Source: Carcharhinus longimanus
Taxonomy: Eukaryota
Reading direction: 5' to 3'
Assembly (NCBI GenBank): GCA_030264375.1
Contig: JASCQW010000072.1
Span: 15,528,634-15,592,633, forward strand
Length of the DNA stretch: 64,000 nucleotides
Every line of letters begins with the position of its first letter. Positions within the stretch are counted from its first letter, which is position 1. Shown here piece by piece: positions 11,411 through 24,992 of this stretch. The notes under the pieces were generated by a model. The model saw nothing but the letters and a program-made list of their open reading frames with translations. It was not told where the DNA came from and did no database searches. The position numbers and the translations under genes are program-made.

Positions 11411-13889
11411 CAAAGGAACATATTTCATGGACTGAGAGCCTGCTTAGCAGCAAAAATGATCTTGGGACACCATTCAAAGCCAACTTGCACCTCATTCAAT
11501 AAGGTGTAACTTTTTAAAGTATTTTTAAAGTGAAATCACCCAATAGAATGGAAGTTTTCAGTTTAATGATTCCAATTAACTGAAGTTAAGGGGCCCTTAG
11601 TGCGTCCTCTGGAGAATCACTAATTGCAAATTCTGCTTTTCTGTGTTTAACTGAGCAGACTCCAAAAGTTGCTGGTTGTTTTAAAGGAGTAATGATGGCA
11701 AACACTGGCAGTTCCATTACTGCTAATGTGACTACCACTGTAAAATGTGGGCCTTTAATTTTCTGTTTTAAGTTTTAGTACTAAAATCATTGTAATGGCT
11801 TAGGCAAATAGCTGCTCAAATCAAAACAATTTTCAAAAACAGTAAGCGTGGACATTGAGCCCTTGGCAAGGCAGGAAGTCCCTTCTTTGTTATTTGTTGA
11901 TGTCCTAATAACATTTAGTATTCAGACAATTCTATGTGGACCTCTATTTTAAGATGCGAGAAGAAAAGTCACACAGTTCACCCTCAAAAGTCACTTTAAA
12001 GAGCATAAGGCCCTTTGTTGTTTTTTAGTTAAATCTCATTCATGTCGAGTGAATGTTCATTGGAAAAATAATTGACAGAGCTGAACGCCTTTAAACTTCT
12101 GAATTGCTGTGCAATGTGTCATTTACAAAATAGTTAACAATGAACACAAATTGGATGATTTCAGTGGGTTCCATGTTAATCGTGAACCTGAAAATTTGAA
12201 TTGTGAACCAGCCGATTTGCTTTCAGAAACACCTGATCAGATATTGCATATTTTGTAATGCACGTTTTTTTGGTTTCTACGAAGATGTACTTTATGAAAT
12301 GTTGTTGAGCAGAAGATAAAGGATTTGTATTCTTATCTGAGCTCTTTACGTGCTCCTTTGCCAGTAAAGTTTGCTGAGTAGTGATTTGAAATGCAACACT
12401 GGGTACGATTTCATCGACAATCACCCCTCCCCAACCCATTATGTTAGCCAGTTAAGTTGCCCAATTGCCACCCCCATCTGAACGTAGCTAATTCAGCTTG
12501 GCAAGGTGGTGAGCCCCCAAACATTTCTGGTATGTACATCTCATCAAGTGATGAAGTGTATTTATTTATAGCCACAAATATAGCCTTGCATACATGCCTT
12601 TTGGTGACAAAATAAACAAAATTTAGTATGGAAAATCAAAGCTTGTACAGCTTTTTATCCATTATCTTCTATCTGTCTCCCCTTCCCCCTCTCTCCCCTC
12701 AGGATTTTTGTGATTTAATGTTTTTAGACAAAAAAATTCAATTATACAAGGATCAAAACTGGATACAGGCTATATGCGCAAAGCTGCTTAAATCATCTGC
12801 TCTTGCAAATTAATTTGTTAAATAATCCTTTATGTTGTGAAAATGATACATTTTGATGCTTTTTTTATTTCTCATTCGCTAATCAGTTTTATATTTTAGT
12901 AGATATTCAATCCTCAAAAGCCTTCAATCTTATAGAAACTACAATATTGGTAACATTTCACAGCACAAATGTCACACTTAATCACAGATTTTTAATATTA
13001 ACATAATTTGGAGAATTTATTTGAATGTCAATCAAATCATTGTCTCAGTTAAAGATTATACAAAACTCCAAATATAGTAATGAAATTTCCCTGTTTTTTA
13101 AACTGGTTAATAAAAAGATGCCACATATACAAAAACTAAGATGTTCCCTTTTGAAATTCCCTTGCTGAATAGCATTTCTAAATTCTCTATTATTGTTCTG
13201 ATACATTATTAAATGGATGCAATATTTGTGATTTATGTAAAGCATTATAATTGTCTGATGCTGTTTTTCAGTTGTCACTTTTGCTATTATTGAGATCACG
13301 CTGTTAACAGAATAAGTCATTGCGACTCCCAAGAATTTAAAAATGAGTGAGCAAGAATGTTTTTGAGCTGTAGATTTTTCTGTTTGCCTGCCAATTGAAA
13401 TTCATTATTGTATAAATCAGTATACTTGTACATGTCAGGGTATATTTCCAATTCAAGTGTGTAGCAAAGTATGATGGCGAAAATGGATGGGGGCCAACTG
13501 ATTTGTATTCAATAATGGCACCACCAGTATGTGGCATACTTTCACGATCTGTGTTAAAGAAATATGGCTTATTTCAATTTTAAAAGCAAAAATGGTATTA
13601 GATTGAAACCTTTTGATAAAAGTTTTATTTGGAAAGTATTTTCTCCCGAAAGATTTATCAAGGTTTTGAGGATTATATTTCCAGTATTACAATTTACCTA
13701 ACGAATACGTCTTTCATTATTCTAACCTGAATGCTTCTGTGTACAATAAATTTAGCTAGGCAACTAGACAATTGCATTTTTGTCCAAATATGATTTTAAA
13801 ACATGTTTGAGCCATTTTGATTACAAAATATCTGATGTAAATCAATAGATGAGGGTCTGTACATTTATCTGGCAAAAGTGATGTTTGTT

Positions 13890-14530
13890 CTGTGGGGAAA
13901 CCGGAGCAGAGCTAAGAAGGTCAATTGGATATTTAATGGATGTGTTCAAAATTATGAAGTGGCTTGACAGCATAGATGAGAGAAATGTCTCCAGTGGCAA
14001 GAAGGTCGTCAGCCAGAAGACAGATTTAAGATAGTTAAAGGACCTATGGAGAGATGAGAATATTTTTGAGCAGTTGACTATTATCTGGAATATGATGAAA
14101 GCAGATTCAACATTATTTTTCAGAAGTGAATTGGATATATTCTTGAAAAGGAACAGCATGGTGGCACAGCAGTTAACACTGCTGCCTCATGGCACCAGGG
14201 ATCCAGATTTGATTCTCAGCTTGGGTCACTGTCTGTGTGAAGTTTGCACATTCTCCCCATGTCTGTGTGGGTTTCCTCTGGGTGCTCTGGTTTCCCCCCA
14301 CAGTCCAAAGGTTAGGTAAATTAGCCATACTAAATTGTACCTCAATGTACTCTAACAGGTGCCGGAGCATGGCAACTAGGGGATTTTCACAGTAACTTCA
14401 TTGCAGTGTTAATGTAAGCCTACTTGTGATGAATAAATAAGTAAATAGGGAGAAAATTGCAGGGCAATGAGGAAGGGACAGGAGAATGGGAAGATTAGAT
14501 AGCTGTTGGGTTGAGTGGCCTCCTGTGTGG
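13890..14530 (+). mobile_element. Old CR1 3' fragment interrupted by a SINE
   Basis: Degenerate LRRSIG..VFKIMKWLDS..FRSELDIFLK coding resumes after the SINE at 14154-14445. Confidence 0.6.
14154..14445 (+). mobile_element. HE1-like tRNA SINE with alternative (non-CR1) tail
   Basis: Same head and body as the copy at 1781. Tail is CTAGGGGATTTTCACAGTAACTTCATTGCAGTGTTAATGTAAGCC...AATAAA. Confidence 0.85.
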
Positions 14531-14805
14531 TAAGATATGTGCTGATATCACAAATCTTACCACAGCAGCTACTAAGATTTTAGATTTGGACGAGACAGAT
14601 TTTGGTCACATCTTGTGGAGAGGTATAGTTCGGTAAAAGGTTGGTGTGAATTATACTGTAAGGAGAACCCAGGTGAGAAGGCAAATGAGGAAAAGCAGAA
14701 ACTGATCATGTGCGACAGATGCAATATACTTATTACCCATGAGAATAAGGATAGAGACTGTCAGAAGGACAGCTGGAATAAAGATCTTAGAATCGTAGCG
14801 TAAAA

Positions 14806-15103
14806 TCATAGAATCCCTACAGTGTAGAAGGAGGCTATTTGGCCCTTTGAGCTGCACTGACCACAATTCTACCCAGGCCCTAGCTCTGTAACCCCATGCA
14901 TTTACCCTACTAATCCCCCTGACACTAAGGGACAAATTAGCATGGTCAGTCCAGCTAACCTGCACATCTCTGGACTGTGGGAGGAAACTGGAGCACCCGA
15001 AGGAAACCCATGCAGACACGGGGAGAATGTGCAAATGCCACACACACTTTCACCGGAGACTGGAATTGAACCCAGGGACAGCAGTGCGAAGTACTGTGCC
15101 ACC
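14806..15103 (-). mobile_element. HE1-type SINE, CR1-like tail
   Basis: Reverse complement of the family consensus, from ATCATAGAATCCCTACAGTG to CTGTGCCACC. Confidence 0.85.
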
Positions 15104-16156
15104 CAAACCTTAGAATCAACCAGTCACCTTGAAGGAACATTGGAGGGGTGAGATCTTGTCATTGCGATCCATGTTGGGACCAGTAACATAGGGATGAACA
15201 GACAGGAAGTCCTGCTTCAAAAGCAGCAAGAACTAGGAACTAAGTTAAATAATAGAACTAAATGCAAAATGGTGTAGCTATAGACAGATGAGGATGGTGA
15301 ACATGTAGCTGAAAATGTGTGGGAAAGGGAGGTTCCATTTTATGGGGTACTGGCACCAGTACTGGGACATGAAGAAATTGNNNNNNNNNNNNNNNNNNNN
15401 NNNNNNNNNNNNNNNNNNNNNNNNNNNNNNNNNNNNNNNNNNNNNNNNNNNNNNNNNNNNNNNNNNNNNNNNNNNNNNNNNNNNNNNNNNNNNNNNNNNN
15501 NNNNNNNNNNNNNNNNNNNNNNNNNNNNNNNNNNNNNNNNNNNNNNNNNNNNNNNNNNNNNNNNNNNNNNNNNNNNNNNNNNNNNNNNNNNNNNNNNNNN
15601 NNNNNNNNNNNNNNNNNNNNNNNNNNNNNNNNNNNNNNNNNNNNNNNNNNNNNNNNNNNNNNNNNNNNNNNNNNNNNNNNNNNNNNNNNNNNNNNNNNNN
15701 NNNNNNNNNNNNNNNNNNNNNNNNNNNNNNNNTGGGGTTATGGAGATAGGGCCGGGGTGGAATTGTGGTCAGTGCAGACTTGATGGGCCAAATGGCCTCC
15801 TTCTGCATTCTAAGATTCTATGAAGACGAATTGATTGATTTACAGCAATGAAACCAGAGAGAAGAATAAGATATGTGAGTAAAACCACATAGCAGAAGGA
15901 CAAATAAAGGGTGTGCATGAAAAAAGTATTTCTTCATAGAAACGTACAGAGGGTAAAGAGCGAATTCATTATGGGGGATGTGACATGAAAGCTTTTACTG
16001 AGACATGGCTGCAAAACAGTCAAAATTAGGAACCAAATACATCAGATTTAAAGTCTACAGAAAGATTGAGAAAATGGTAGAGAGGAGAAGTAGCTTTAGT
16101 GATTAAGGATGAGGTTATAATGAGACAAAATCAGGCAGTGAAGACAGTTGAATAAA

Positions 16157-16465
16157 TGCTGGTACAATGGTTAGCACTACTGCCTCTCAGTGCCAGGGAC
16201 CTGGATTCGATTCCCGGCTTGGGTCACTTTGTGGAGTCTACACGTTCTCCCCGTGTCTGCGTGGGTTTCCTCCAGGTGCTCCAGTTTCCTCTCTCAGTCC
16301 GAAAGATGTGCTGGGTAGGTACATTGACCCTGGTAAAATTCTCCCTCAGTGTACCCAAATAGGCACTGGAGTGTGGCAACTAAGGGATTTTCACAGTAAC
16401 TTCATTGCAAATAACTTAATTGCAGTGTTAATGTAAGCCTTTTTGTGACAAACAAACAAACAAAC
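16157..16465 (+). mobile_element. HE1-like SINE, alternative tail
   Basis: A/B-box head (GGATTCGATTCCC), body, TTTCACAGTAACTTCATTGC tail and (AAAC)n end. Confidence 0.85.
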
Positions 16466-17280
16466 TTCAAAAAAACCTTTAAAGGAAATGAAAAGTATTT
16501 AAAGTTGTAGTGGAAGGTATGTAACAATCATCTGAAGTGGTAGAAATGTGTTAATGCAGATGTTGCACAAACATGCAGTAACTCAGAGTGCTTTCAATTG
16601 GGAGTTTTAACTTTCATGTAGATTGGGATCTGCAAAAGTTAACTTGTCAGAAAATTAGTAAATTTCTTGGGTGTATTCTGGATAGTTTTCTGCACAAAAT
16701 GTCCTCGGGCTAGCAATGGGCAGGCTATAATAAGTAATGAGCCAGATTTCATTGTTAGCCTTGTTGCATGAGTGTTTATCAAAATGCGATCATATGATTG
16801 CTTTCAACGTTGTGTTTGAAATAAAACTTGAAAATTGGCTGCTAAGATTCTAGATTTAGGTAAAACTGAGTTCAGTGTGATGAGATGGAGACTCCACAGT
16901 AAGCTGGGCAAATCTATTAAACAGTATAACAACAGAAGATCAGTGGGAGGTATTTAAAAATAATTTAATGTGTTACAAAACCATTTTCTATCCCTAAGAG
17001 ATAAAAGCTCTACTTGCCAAAAATGCATCTGTGAATATCTAAAGCGGTAGGAAACAGCACAAGACCAAAGAAACAGACATGCAAAATGCAAAAAAAAGGC
17101 ACACCTCCTGGAAAAAGTGAAAGATACAAAGGACAAATGATGACACAACATTAGCAGGATGTTTTAAAAGAAAATTGCAAGGATTATCAAAATCAACACG
17201 TTTTATACAATAAAAACAGGGTGGTCAGGAGCAGGGTGGGCCCTTGAAAATTGATAATTGTGATATTGTCAATAGAATAA

Positions 17281-17787
17281 ACGATGGCACAGTGTTAGCA
17301 CTGCTGCCTCACAGCGCCAGGGATCTGGTTCGATTCCCAACTTGGGTCACTCTCTGTGCAGAGTCTGCACGTTCTCCCCGTGTTTGTGCGTTCCTTCTGG
17401 TTACTCCCGTTTCCTCCCACAGTCTGAAAGATGTGCTGGTTAGATGCATTGGCCATTGGGCGGCATGTTGCCACAGTGGTTAGCACTACTGCCTCCTAAC
17501 GCCAGGGACCCTGGTTCGATTCCAGCCTTGGTCACTGTCTGCGTGGAGTTTGCACTTTCTTTCTGTGTCTGCGTGGGTTTCTCCGGCTGATATGGTTTCC
17601 CCCCACCCCCACAGTCCAAAGATGTGCTGGTTAGATTGATTGGCCGTGCTAAAATTGACCATACTGTTAGAGGGATTAGCAGGGTAAATATGTGGGGTTA
17701 TGGGAATAGGGCTTGGGCGGGATTGTGGTTGGTACAGACTGGATGGGTTGAATGGCCTGTTTCTGTACTGTAGGGATTCTGTGATTC
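17281..17787 (+). mobile_element. Head-to-tail SINE pair: tail-less copy (17281-17457) followed by a full copy (17459-17787)
   Basis: Two consecutive tRNA heads and bodies; only the second has the CR1-like tail. Confidence 0.85.
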
Positions 17788-18644
17788 AATGAAAATATAG
17801 AAATGCTGAATAATTACTTTGCATTGATATTTTAGTACAGCACGTTAGAGATACCAGGGAAGCCAAGATTAAGTCAGGAACAGGGAATTGAAGTAGCAGC
17901 TATGAAGAAAATAATGACATAAAATAGGTTTCCATCCCAGGATTTAAAATTAAGTAATTGAGACATTTGCACGTGCCCCAGCTATAACCATGCAAATTTT
18001 CTTGATTTGGGAACCATTCCTTTGGATGATAAAATTGGTCATGTTACTTTGCTATTTCAGCAATGTGAGAAAGGCAACCCAGGAACCGAAATAACAGTTA
18101 GCCTAACATCTGTTGTCAGGAAATTACAGGCATATATGATTAAGAATACAGTGACTGAACACCTTGAAAATTTCAGCTGATCAGAGAACACCAGCATGAG
18201 TTTGGAAAGCTCAAACCTAATTGAATTTTTTTTTTTAAGAAGTGACTGAAGAAACAGACCAGGGAACGTGTATGGGTATTGTTTATGTGGACATCCGGAC
18301 AATATTAAGTATCTCATAAGTGACTGCTAGCTAAAGTTATTGCTCATGGAATTGAAGACAAATGATTCACTTGGTTAAAAAATGGCTCAAGTGGCAGGAG
18401 AGAGAGTAGGGATAATAGGCATGTTCTCTAATTAGCCATATGTCACTAATGGACACCACAAGGGGACACCCTGTGTAGATCAGTATTGGGGCCTCAACTA
18501 TACCATATTCATCAATGACTTAGATTATGGGATAGAAATCTACATATCCAGATTTTCTGATGATACAAATGTTGGTGATGTTGGAAGCAGTGCAGATGGA
18601 AATGTAAATTTACAAAGATATAGTGATAGATTAAGTAATCTAAT

Positions 18645-18940
18645 AATAGTAAGGGGCACACACGTAAGGTGAGAGGGGGAAAGTTCAAAGGAGATATGAG
18701 AAGCAAGTTTTTTTTTTACATGGAGAGTGATAGGTGGCTGGAACACGCTGCCAGGGGTGGTGGTGGAGGCAGGTACGATAGGAGCATTTAAGGAGCATTT
18801 GGATAAGCATTTGAATATGCAAGGAATAGAGGAATATGGATCAAGGGCAGGCATAAGGGATTAGTTTGATCTGGCATCTTGTTCAGCGCAACATCGTAGG
18901 CTGAAGGGCCTGTTCCTGGGCTGTACTGTTCTATGTTCTA
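18645..18940 (+). mobile_element. Younger CR1 3' fragment nested in the older CR1
   Basis: Interrupts the DRLS|WAKLWQM coding of the host element and ends CTGTTCTATGTTCTA. Confidence 0.8.
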
Positions 18941-20304
18941 AATAAATGGGCAAAACTTTGGCAAATGCATAGCAGTGTGGACATATGTGAAGTCATCATT
19001 TGGACCTAAAATGGATCAAACAATGTACTTTGTAAATGGTGAAAGACTAGAAACAGTAGAGGTTCGATCCAACTTGGGGATCAGGTACATAACTTGTTAG
19101 AAAATCATGAATAGAAAATAATCAAAAAATCTCATGGAATGCTGGCCTTTATATCTGGAAAATGTGATTACAAGGGGATTGAAGTCACGCTTCAGCTGTA
19201 CAAAGCCCTGGGTTGGACCACACCCTGGAATACTGCAAGCAGTTCTGGGTGTCAACATACAGGAGGAAGATTTTGGCCTCGGTATGAGTGTAGTATTGAT
19301 TTTCTGCAATACCTTGGCCTCGAGATTTCAAGAAGAAATTAATTTTTTTTTAATTTATAAGGTTAAGAAGTGACTTAATCGATGTTTTTCAGATATTAAT
19401 AGAAACAGATGTGTTATAGCAGAAACTATTATCGCTGGTGGGAAATCTAGGACAAGGAAGCATTGGTTAAAAATTAGAACAAAACCTTTTAGGACTGAAA
19501 TTAGGAACATTTTTAGCTTGGAACTCTTCTGCAAATGATCTTTTGCTATTGATGCTACCTCATTTGTTAATTTTAAAAATGTGATTGGTAGATTTTTGTT
19601 AATCAAAGGTATTGAGGGGTGTGGGGAAAAGGTGGGTTTATGTAGTAAAGTAGCAGACCAACTATGATCTCATTGAATAGGCTTGAGGGAGTTTATACAA
19701 TAGCTGCATGCCTATCAATTATTCTAGGCAAATACTCCAGTGATTTTTTTTTCTGCAAAAATTAAATGTTAATCTTGGGGAAAAAAGCATTAATTTGAAA
19801 TCCAGGGATGGGCTTTGCTCCATATAATTTAACAGTATTACAGGATATTTACTAATGAGTATGTGTCAGTTCATCAAAATTTTGGGACTTGATAATAACC
19901 AGTGAAGAACAGATTGTTGTTCTAGCCAGTATTTTTAAATGAACCTTACTATTTGATTAGCAGTTTGACCAGTGTTGTATACTTACCAGAGTAGGGTATA
20001 CTTGATTGAGTCTAAAGTTACATATCGGGAATAAAAGCGTTCCATCACCCCAACATGTGCCACTTTTTTGACTAATTTTAGCTCAGCTTTCAATTCTCTT
20101 CTGATCTGTTCCCATCTTCAAGTGTTACAACAGCTAAAATACTTCCTTTCCTTTAACCTTCTAGTGTTCAACACCTAGGGCCCAACCAGAGGCCTGCCCG
20201 TTGATTTCATTCAAAGGCATTGTATGACTGGATGTCAGAACCTAACACAAGTGACATAAAATGGCTCTTTGATACTTCATCAGAGAGGTAGATAGTTGGA
20301 AACA

Positions 20305-20430
20305 AACTTAACATTTTGAGCTGAATATGACCTTTTCTGTTCTGAAGAAGAGTAATATTCGACCTGAAACATTAACTCTATTTCTCTCTCCATCAGTATT
20401 GCCAGCCCTGCTGAGTATTTCCAGCATTTT
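20305..20430 (+). mobile_element. Penelope-derived inverted-repeat remnant
   Basis: Imperfect inverted arms, a CTGAAGA...GAAAC core and the family motif CTGCTGAGTATTTCCAGCATTTT. Confidence 0.6.
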
Positions 20431-22130
20431 GGATTCTGAAAATCTTAAATGAAAACAATATTTTTATTTTAGTTGGACTTTACTGGCTGTCTCCCCCAAG
20501 AAAAGTTTTGGATCTTGGGGGACAAGCCTATAAAAGATTTTCGTTTCAATTTAAAATTTTCCCAACGAAAATATCTTGTCAACTTTTTACTGTATAGCTA
20601 ATTATTTTCTGATAGGATCTTAATTTTTCTAACTACAATTAATTCCTAATAGCAGCATTAACGTAACCATCAGACCTTCTGCTAACTTTTGTGATCATTT
20701 CTGCACCATAGCTTCATATCTGCGCACATCAATCAATTCTTATTGTATCATACATCATGCCTTATACCAGTCAGATTTCTGATGTGAACAAGCTTGTTTA
20801 TGATACTTTTTTAGTTTTGTTATAGTTGTACCTACATCAGTTATCTATTCATTAAAATGTCCGAGGCAATGTATCGGGCAGCTCTATTAAATTAACTGCT
20901 CCCTGAAAATTTTGAGACTTCCCTGTAATAATCCTGAATAGAAATGCTAGTGATTTTCCTGATTGCTGTTATGTAGAGGAACAGGAGCAATCCATTCAAC
21001 CTGTACTTCAAATTCATTTACCCATTTTATATCCCAACATAGCCTTTTGAAAAGAAAAAGTGGGCCGATCTCAGTCTTGAAACTTTCAATTGAACAATGT
21101 ACACAAACTTTTTTTGAGGAGAGTGATCCAGATTTCCACTGATCTTTGTGTGCAACACTGCTATCTGATTTCACTCCCATTATCGCACAAATAGTGAGTG
21201 GTGCAGCGCCACCGATGGAGACAATATATATTTCAAGCAATACATACCCATTGCAGTCATTAGCAGTTACAGCTACTGTCTGTTGCCTGCCCTTCGGGTT
21301 TGTAAAGTGATTAAGAGATTCTTGCCAAGCATTTCTGCTGTTATGGCACTGCGTGCTTTAAAAGTTAAATGTGTTGCCTGGTCATACGCTAAGTATCTTG
21401 TACTACTACTACATGGTATTCATTGTGATGCAGTGAGCATGTTTAATGATTACCCCTTTGCAGGACATCAGTAATATGTGTCTGCACATGTCAGAGTTCT
21501 TCAACAAATGATTAATCTTAATGGGCGCAATTCCAATTTATAACGCTAATGCCAGATGAGGAATGGGTTTCTAGCCCATGTACGTTTGTTTTCAGTTGTC
21601 TTTTAAAACACTATTTCTGGAAATTAATGTTAATGACATTTCCATGTAATTCAGTTGGAAAGAGTTTATGTAATTACATATTTAAGCAAAGCATGGTGAA
21701 ATCACCACAGCCAAGATCCCAAATTGGGCTGCATATTTCAAGTTCCATTTTATTCCCTATTTTCAGGATTTAAGTGGAGTGAAATTCTGAGCTGTGATGT
21801 AATCCTACTGGCTGTTTACTGCATAATAAGTAGCAATAAAGTAAGAAACTTTAAAAATGTTTAAAACATTGTTGAAGCCTCTTAAAGTAACACGCCTTTG
21901 TGGAAAGCTAAGTTTTTAATCTGAACATTCTATGTGAGGCATAGCTTATGATATTTGTACATTTAAATGCACATTTAATGCGCATTTAAATAATTTTGTT
22001 TTATGTTGTTTTACCTTTCTTTCCTCTATTCTTCACTATTCTGTCTTATTTTGAATGTACTGCTATATTTTAAATTGTCTGATTTATAATAATCATTTAT
22101 TGATCTTTAGCTCTTTTTTCAGTAACCACG

Positions 22131-22152
22131 CACATACACACACACACACACA
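22131..22152 (+). repeat. (CA)n microsatellite
   Basis: cacatacacacacacacacaca. Confidence 0.85.
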
Positions 22153-22893
22153 AAGTTAGCTGTTAGCAGCAAGAGACTGGGACCGCTGCCAGTTGAAGCT
22201 AAGTACATTAAAGACTGACGTGGTTGCTTAATTGAAATGATTTGTGATTAGTTTTTGATGTCTCAGCATAGTATCTGGCATTTGCTTGTTGAAATAATGT
22301 AACGGCCCAGTCACTGTCTTTTAATTGGCATCCAAGAGTTAAAAGCAAGTCCCAGTATTGGTGAGTTATGTAAAGCAAAGTAAAATGAAAATTATCACCA
22401 ACAGCAAAATTGCATTTTAAAGTATAAGACTTGCCTATTGAGTCCCTTTGGTGAATGATTACCGTCACAGTGACAGTAACTTGCAAAAGGAAACAGTACA
22501 ATACACTTCTTCAAAGTAATGAACTGGCTGCTGTGTTGCCATAGAAAATGGCCCTAACAAGTGAGATTCAATAAACTACTTTTAATTGAATTGATGCGTG
22601 TCAGAATATTTCCTTTAATAGAGCAACGATATAAGTTTACTTTCGACTTGATGTATAAAATGCAATGAATTGTTTTCTTCCTGTTTTAAAAATATATCAC
22701 AACAGACTTGATGCCATTTCTGATGCAATTTAAGAATCATAGTGATAAAGAATATATCAGTCAAGTGCCATCTTCTGAATTGAAGTTAATGTTTTCACGA
22801 TGTGAGTTGCAGGGTTATTCACTGTTTTATTTTATATTGTGTAAGCTCATGATACCATCGTAATTGGCACCCTAGATTCCTCTAGTTTTGATG

Positions 22894-23100
22894 CAATAAG
22901 AAATCTCACAACACCAGGTTAAAGTCCAACAGGTTTACTTGGAATCACGAGCTTTCAGAGCTCTCGCTTTTGAATCTTTCACCTAAGAAAGGAGCAACGC
23001 TCTGAAAGCTCCTGATTCCAAATAAACCTGTTGGACTTCAACCTGGTGTTGTGAGACTCCTTATTGGGCCCATCTCTGTCCAATGTTGGCATCTCCACAG
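22894..23100. mobile_element. Penelope-derived palindrome (CACAACACCAGGTTAAAGTCCAAC family)
   Basis: ~70-bp inverted arms and an imperfect direct repeat AGTTT(T/A)GATG at 22884 and 23104. Confidence 0.75.
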
Positions 23101-24992
23101 TAAAGTTTAGATGAGTCATGATTAGGTAGTTTTCCACTATATTGAGAATGAGAGAAAGAGACAGTGGTGAGAAGGAATTTTAATGCAAAACATTTCCACT
23201 TTAGAGTTTGAATTTCCTAAANNNNNNNNNNNNNNNNNNNNNNNNNNNNNNNNNNNNNNNNNNNNNNNNNNNNNNNNNNNNNNNNNNNNNNNNNNNNNNN
23301 NNNNNNNNGTGACCTAATCTTACATCACTTCCCAGCTGAGGGGGTTTTCAGGGTAACCAAGTTGGATGATGTAAATATCCAATATGGAGTGTGGATTTTT
23401 ATTACTGTCTGGAGTGGGGCAAAAGCAAGACTTGACAGATCAGTTCGCAATCTGTTTAAATTGATAGTTGCCACCAGATATCATTTGGTGAAGTGTTTTG
23501 AATACTCAGGTCCCCCGCCCATGACTATTCAAACTTGAGATGAAATTTTGGAATGTTTGAAAGTATTTTTAAATCTCCTAATCACATCTTTAGTACATTT
23601 TATAATTTATCCTGTAATAGTCATTTGCATTTTTAACATTTGAAATGAATTGAAATGTTTTCAAATATCTGCTGTGGTCATTGTATGTGAAGCATGGTAG
23701 TAAAAACGTGCTTAATGTTTTTAAAATCCTCCCACGTCACTGCACACCTGTGCTTTGTTGCACCTCGTTATGTCAGTTTATCTCAGCACAAGCTGATCGC
23801 TTTTTGTTAAAATCTGGTCTCCTTTTGAAAATGGTCATGTCAGAAGCCATTTGTATATGCCTTTTGCGCCAAAACACTGTTGAATTACCTCAGTGTACCG
23901 CACCTTATTGGATTGTTACTAGGTTTTTCACAACCTTTTTACATTAAATCTGCTGGAAACCCCTGCCATAATACTCTATCTGTATAAATGTTAAGTACTA
24001 ATTTTACCACCTTAATAAATTATTGCATTTTCACTCAACTTGAATTAGGGATGTTGTCTTCTCTGGCCCTTGGTTCCTTTTGAAAATAGATGTGCTGAAG
24101 AGATTGCATACATATGTGTAGGACTTGTCACCTCAGTAAGTTTTAAAAAAACGCTTTTAGATTTTAACGAAACTTCATAAGTGACTTCCTCTCATCAGAC
24201 ACTGGGTTCCTATCGAAAATGGGCATGCTGGGAACTGTCCGTGTGTCCCGTCTTCAGAAATCAGGTAGGGACCTTCATTGTCAAACGCCGCCAACATTCA
24301 TTTAAAAAATGTCTTGACCTATGTGATTTTAGTTTAAAGCACATTCAAAAAGTGAAGTGTTTTTTTACCATGTTCTGATGCTGATTTGACACAGAAGTAA
24401 AGCATCCACGAGTTGATAAGAGTTCTGAAGCAGTTTCTTAAAAGTAACTGCATCAGGCCAAACAATTGAAAATCAAAATTTTCAGAACATGTAGAGCACA
24501 ATATTTAATATTTTTATTCTTATACTGTCAACTGTTGATGAGAATGGTTAAGCTAACATTGTGATTATTTTGTATTGTTTTATGTTTAATCATTTACATC
24601 CTTTATGATTATGCATATGGCTGATGTTCATGACAATGTCCTACATCTGCCTGATGCTTTAGAGACAGTTACTTTTCCCTGAAAATTTTGAAAGCTTTTA
24701 AATAGAAATTTGGAAGAGAAGTTGATGTATTTTCATCATCACAGAAGCTTTTCTATACTTGATCTCTATTGAAATGAACATGGCATTTCCTATCATATTG
24801 TGTTTGGTGTTACTCCAACAGCTTTACATTTTTTAAAATATACCAAATTCAGTGCTATATTACAAGGAACATAAACTCTTGTGAGTGTGTTTCTTCTTTA
24901 ATATAATTGTGACACTGCTTTAGCTGTTACCACAGCTAAAAAGACATTTTGATCATTGATTTGAATCTGCTGAGTTGCGTTCAAATGTTAAA

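Larger units (their letters stand above)
14570..19690 (+). mobile_element. Long, heavily decayed CR1 LINE backbone with nested insertions
   Basis: Colinear remnants of endonuclease (LTETWL, GRGEVAL.IK), RT (KGNPGT..VSLTSVV; FSDDT) and C-terminus (LQLYKALG), split by SINEs, a gap and a younger CR1 piece. Confidence 0.7.
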
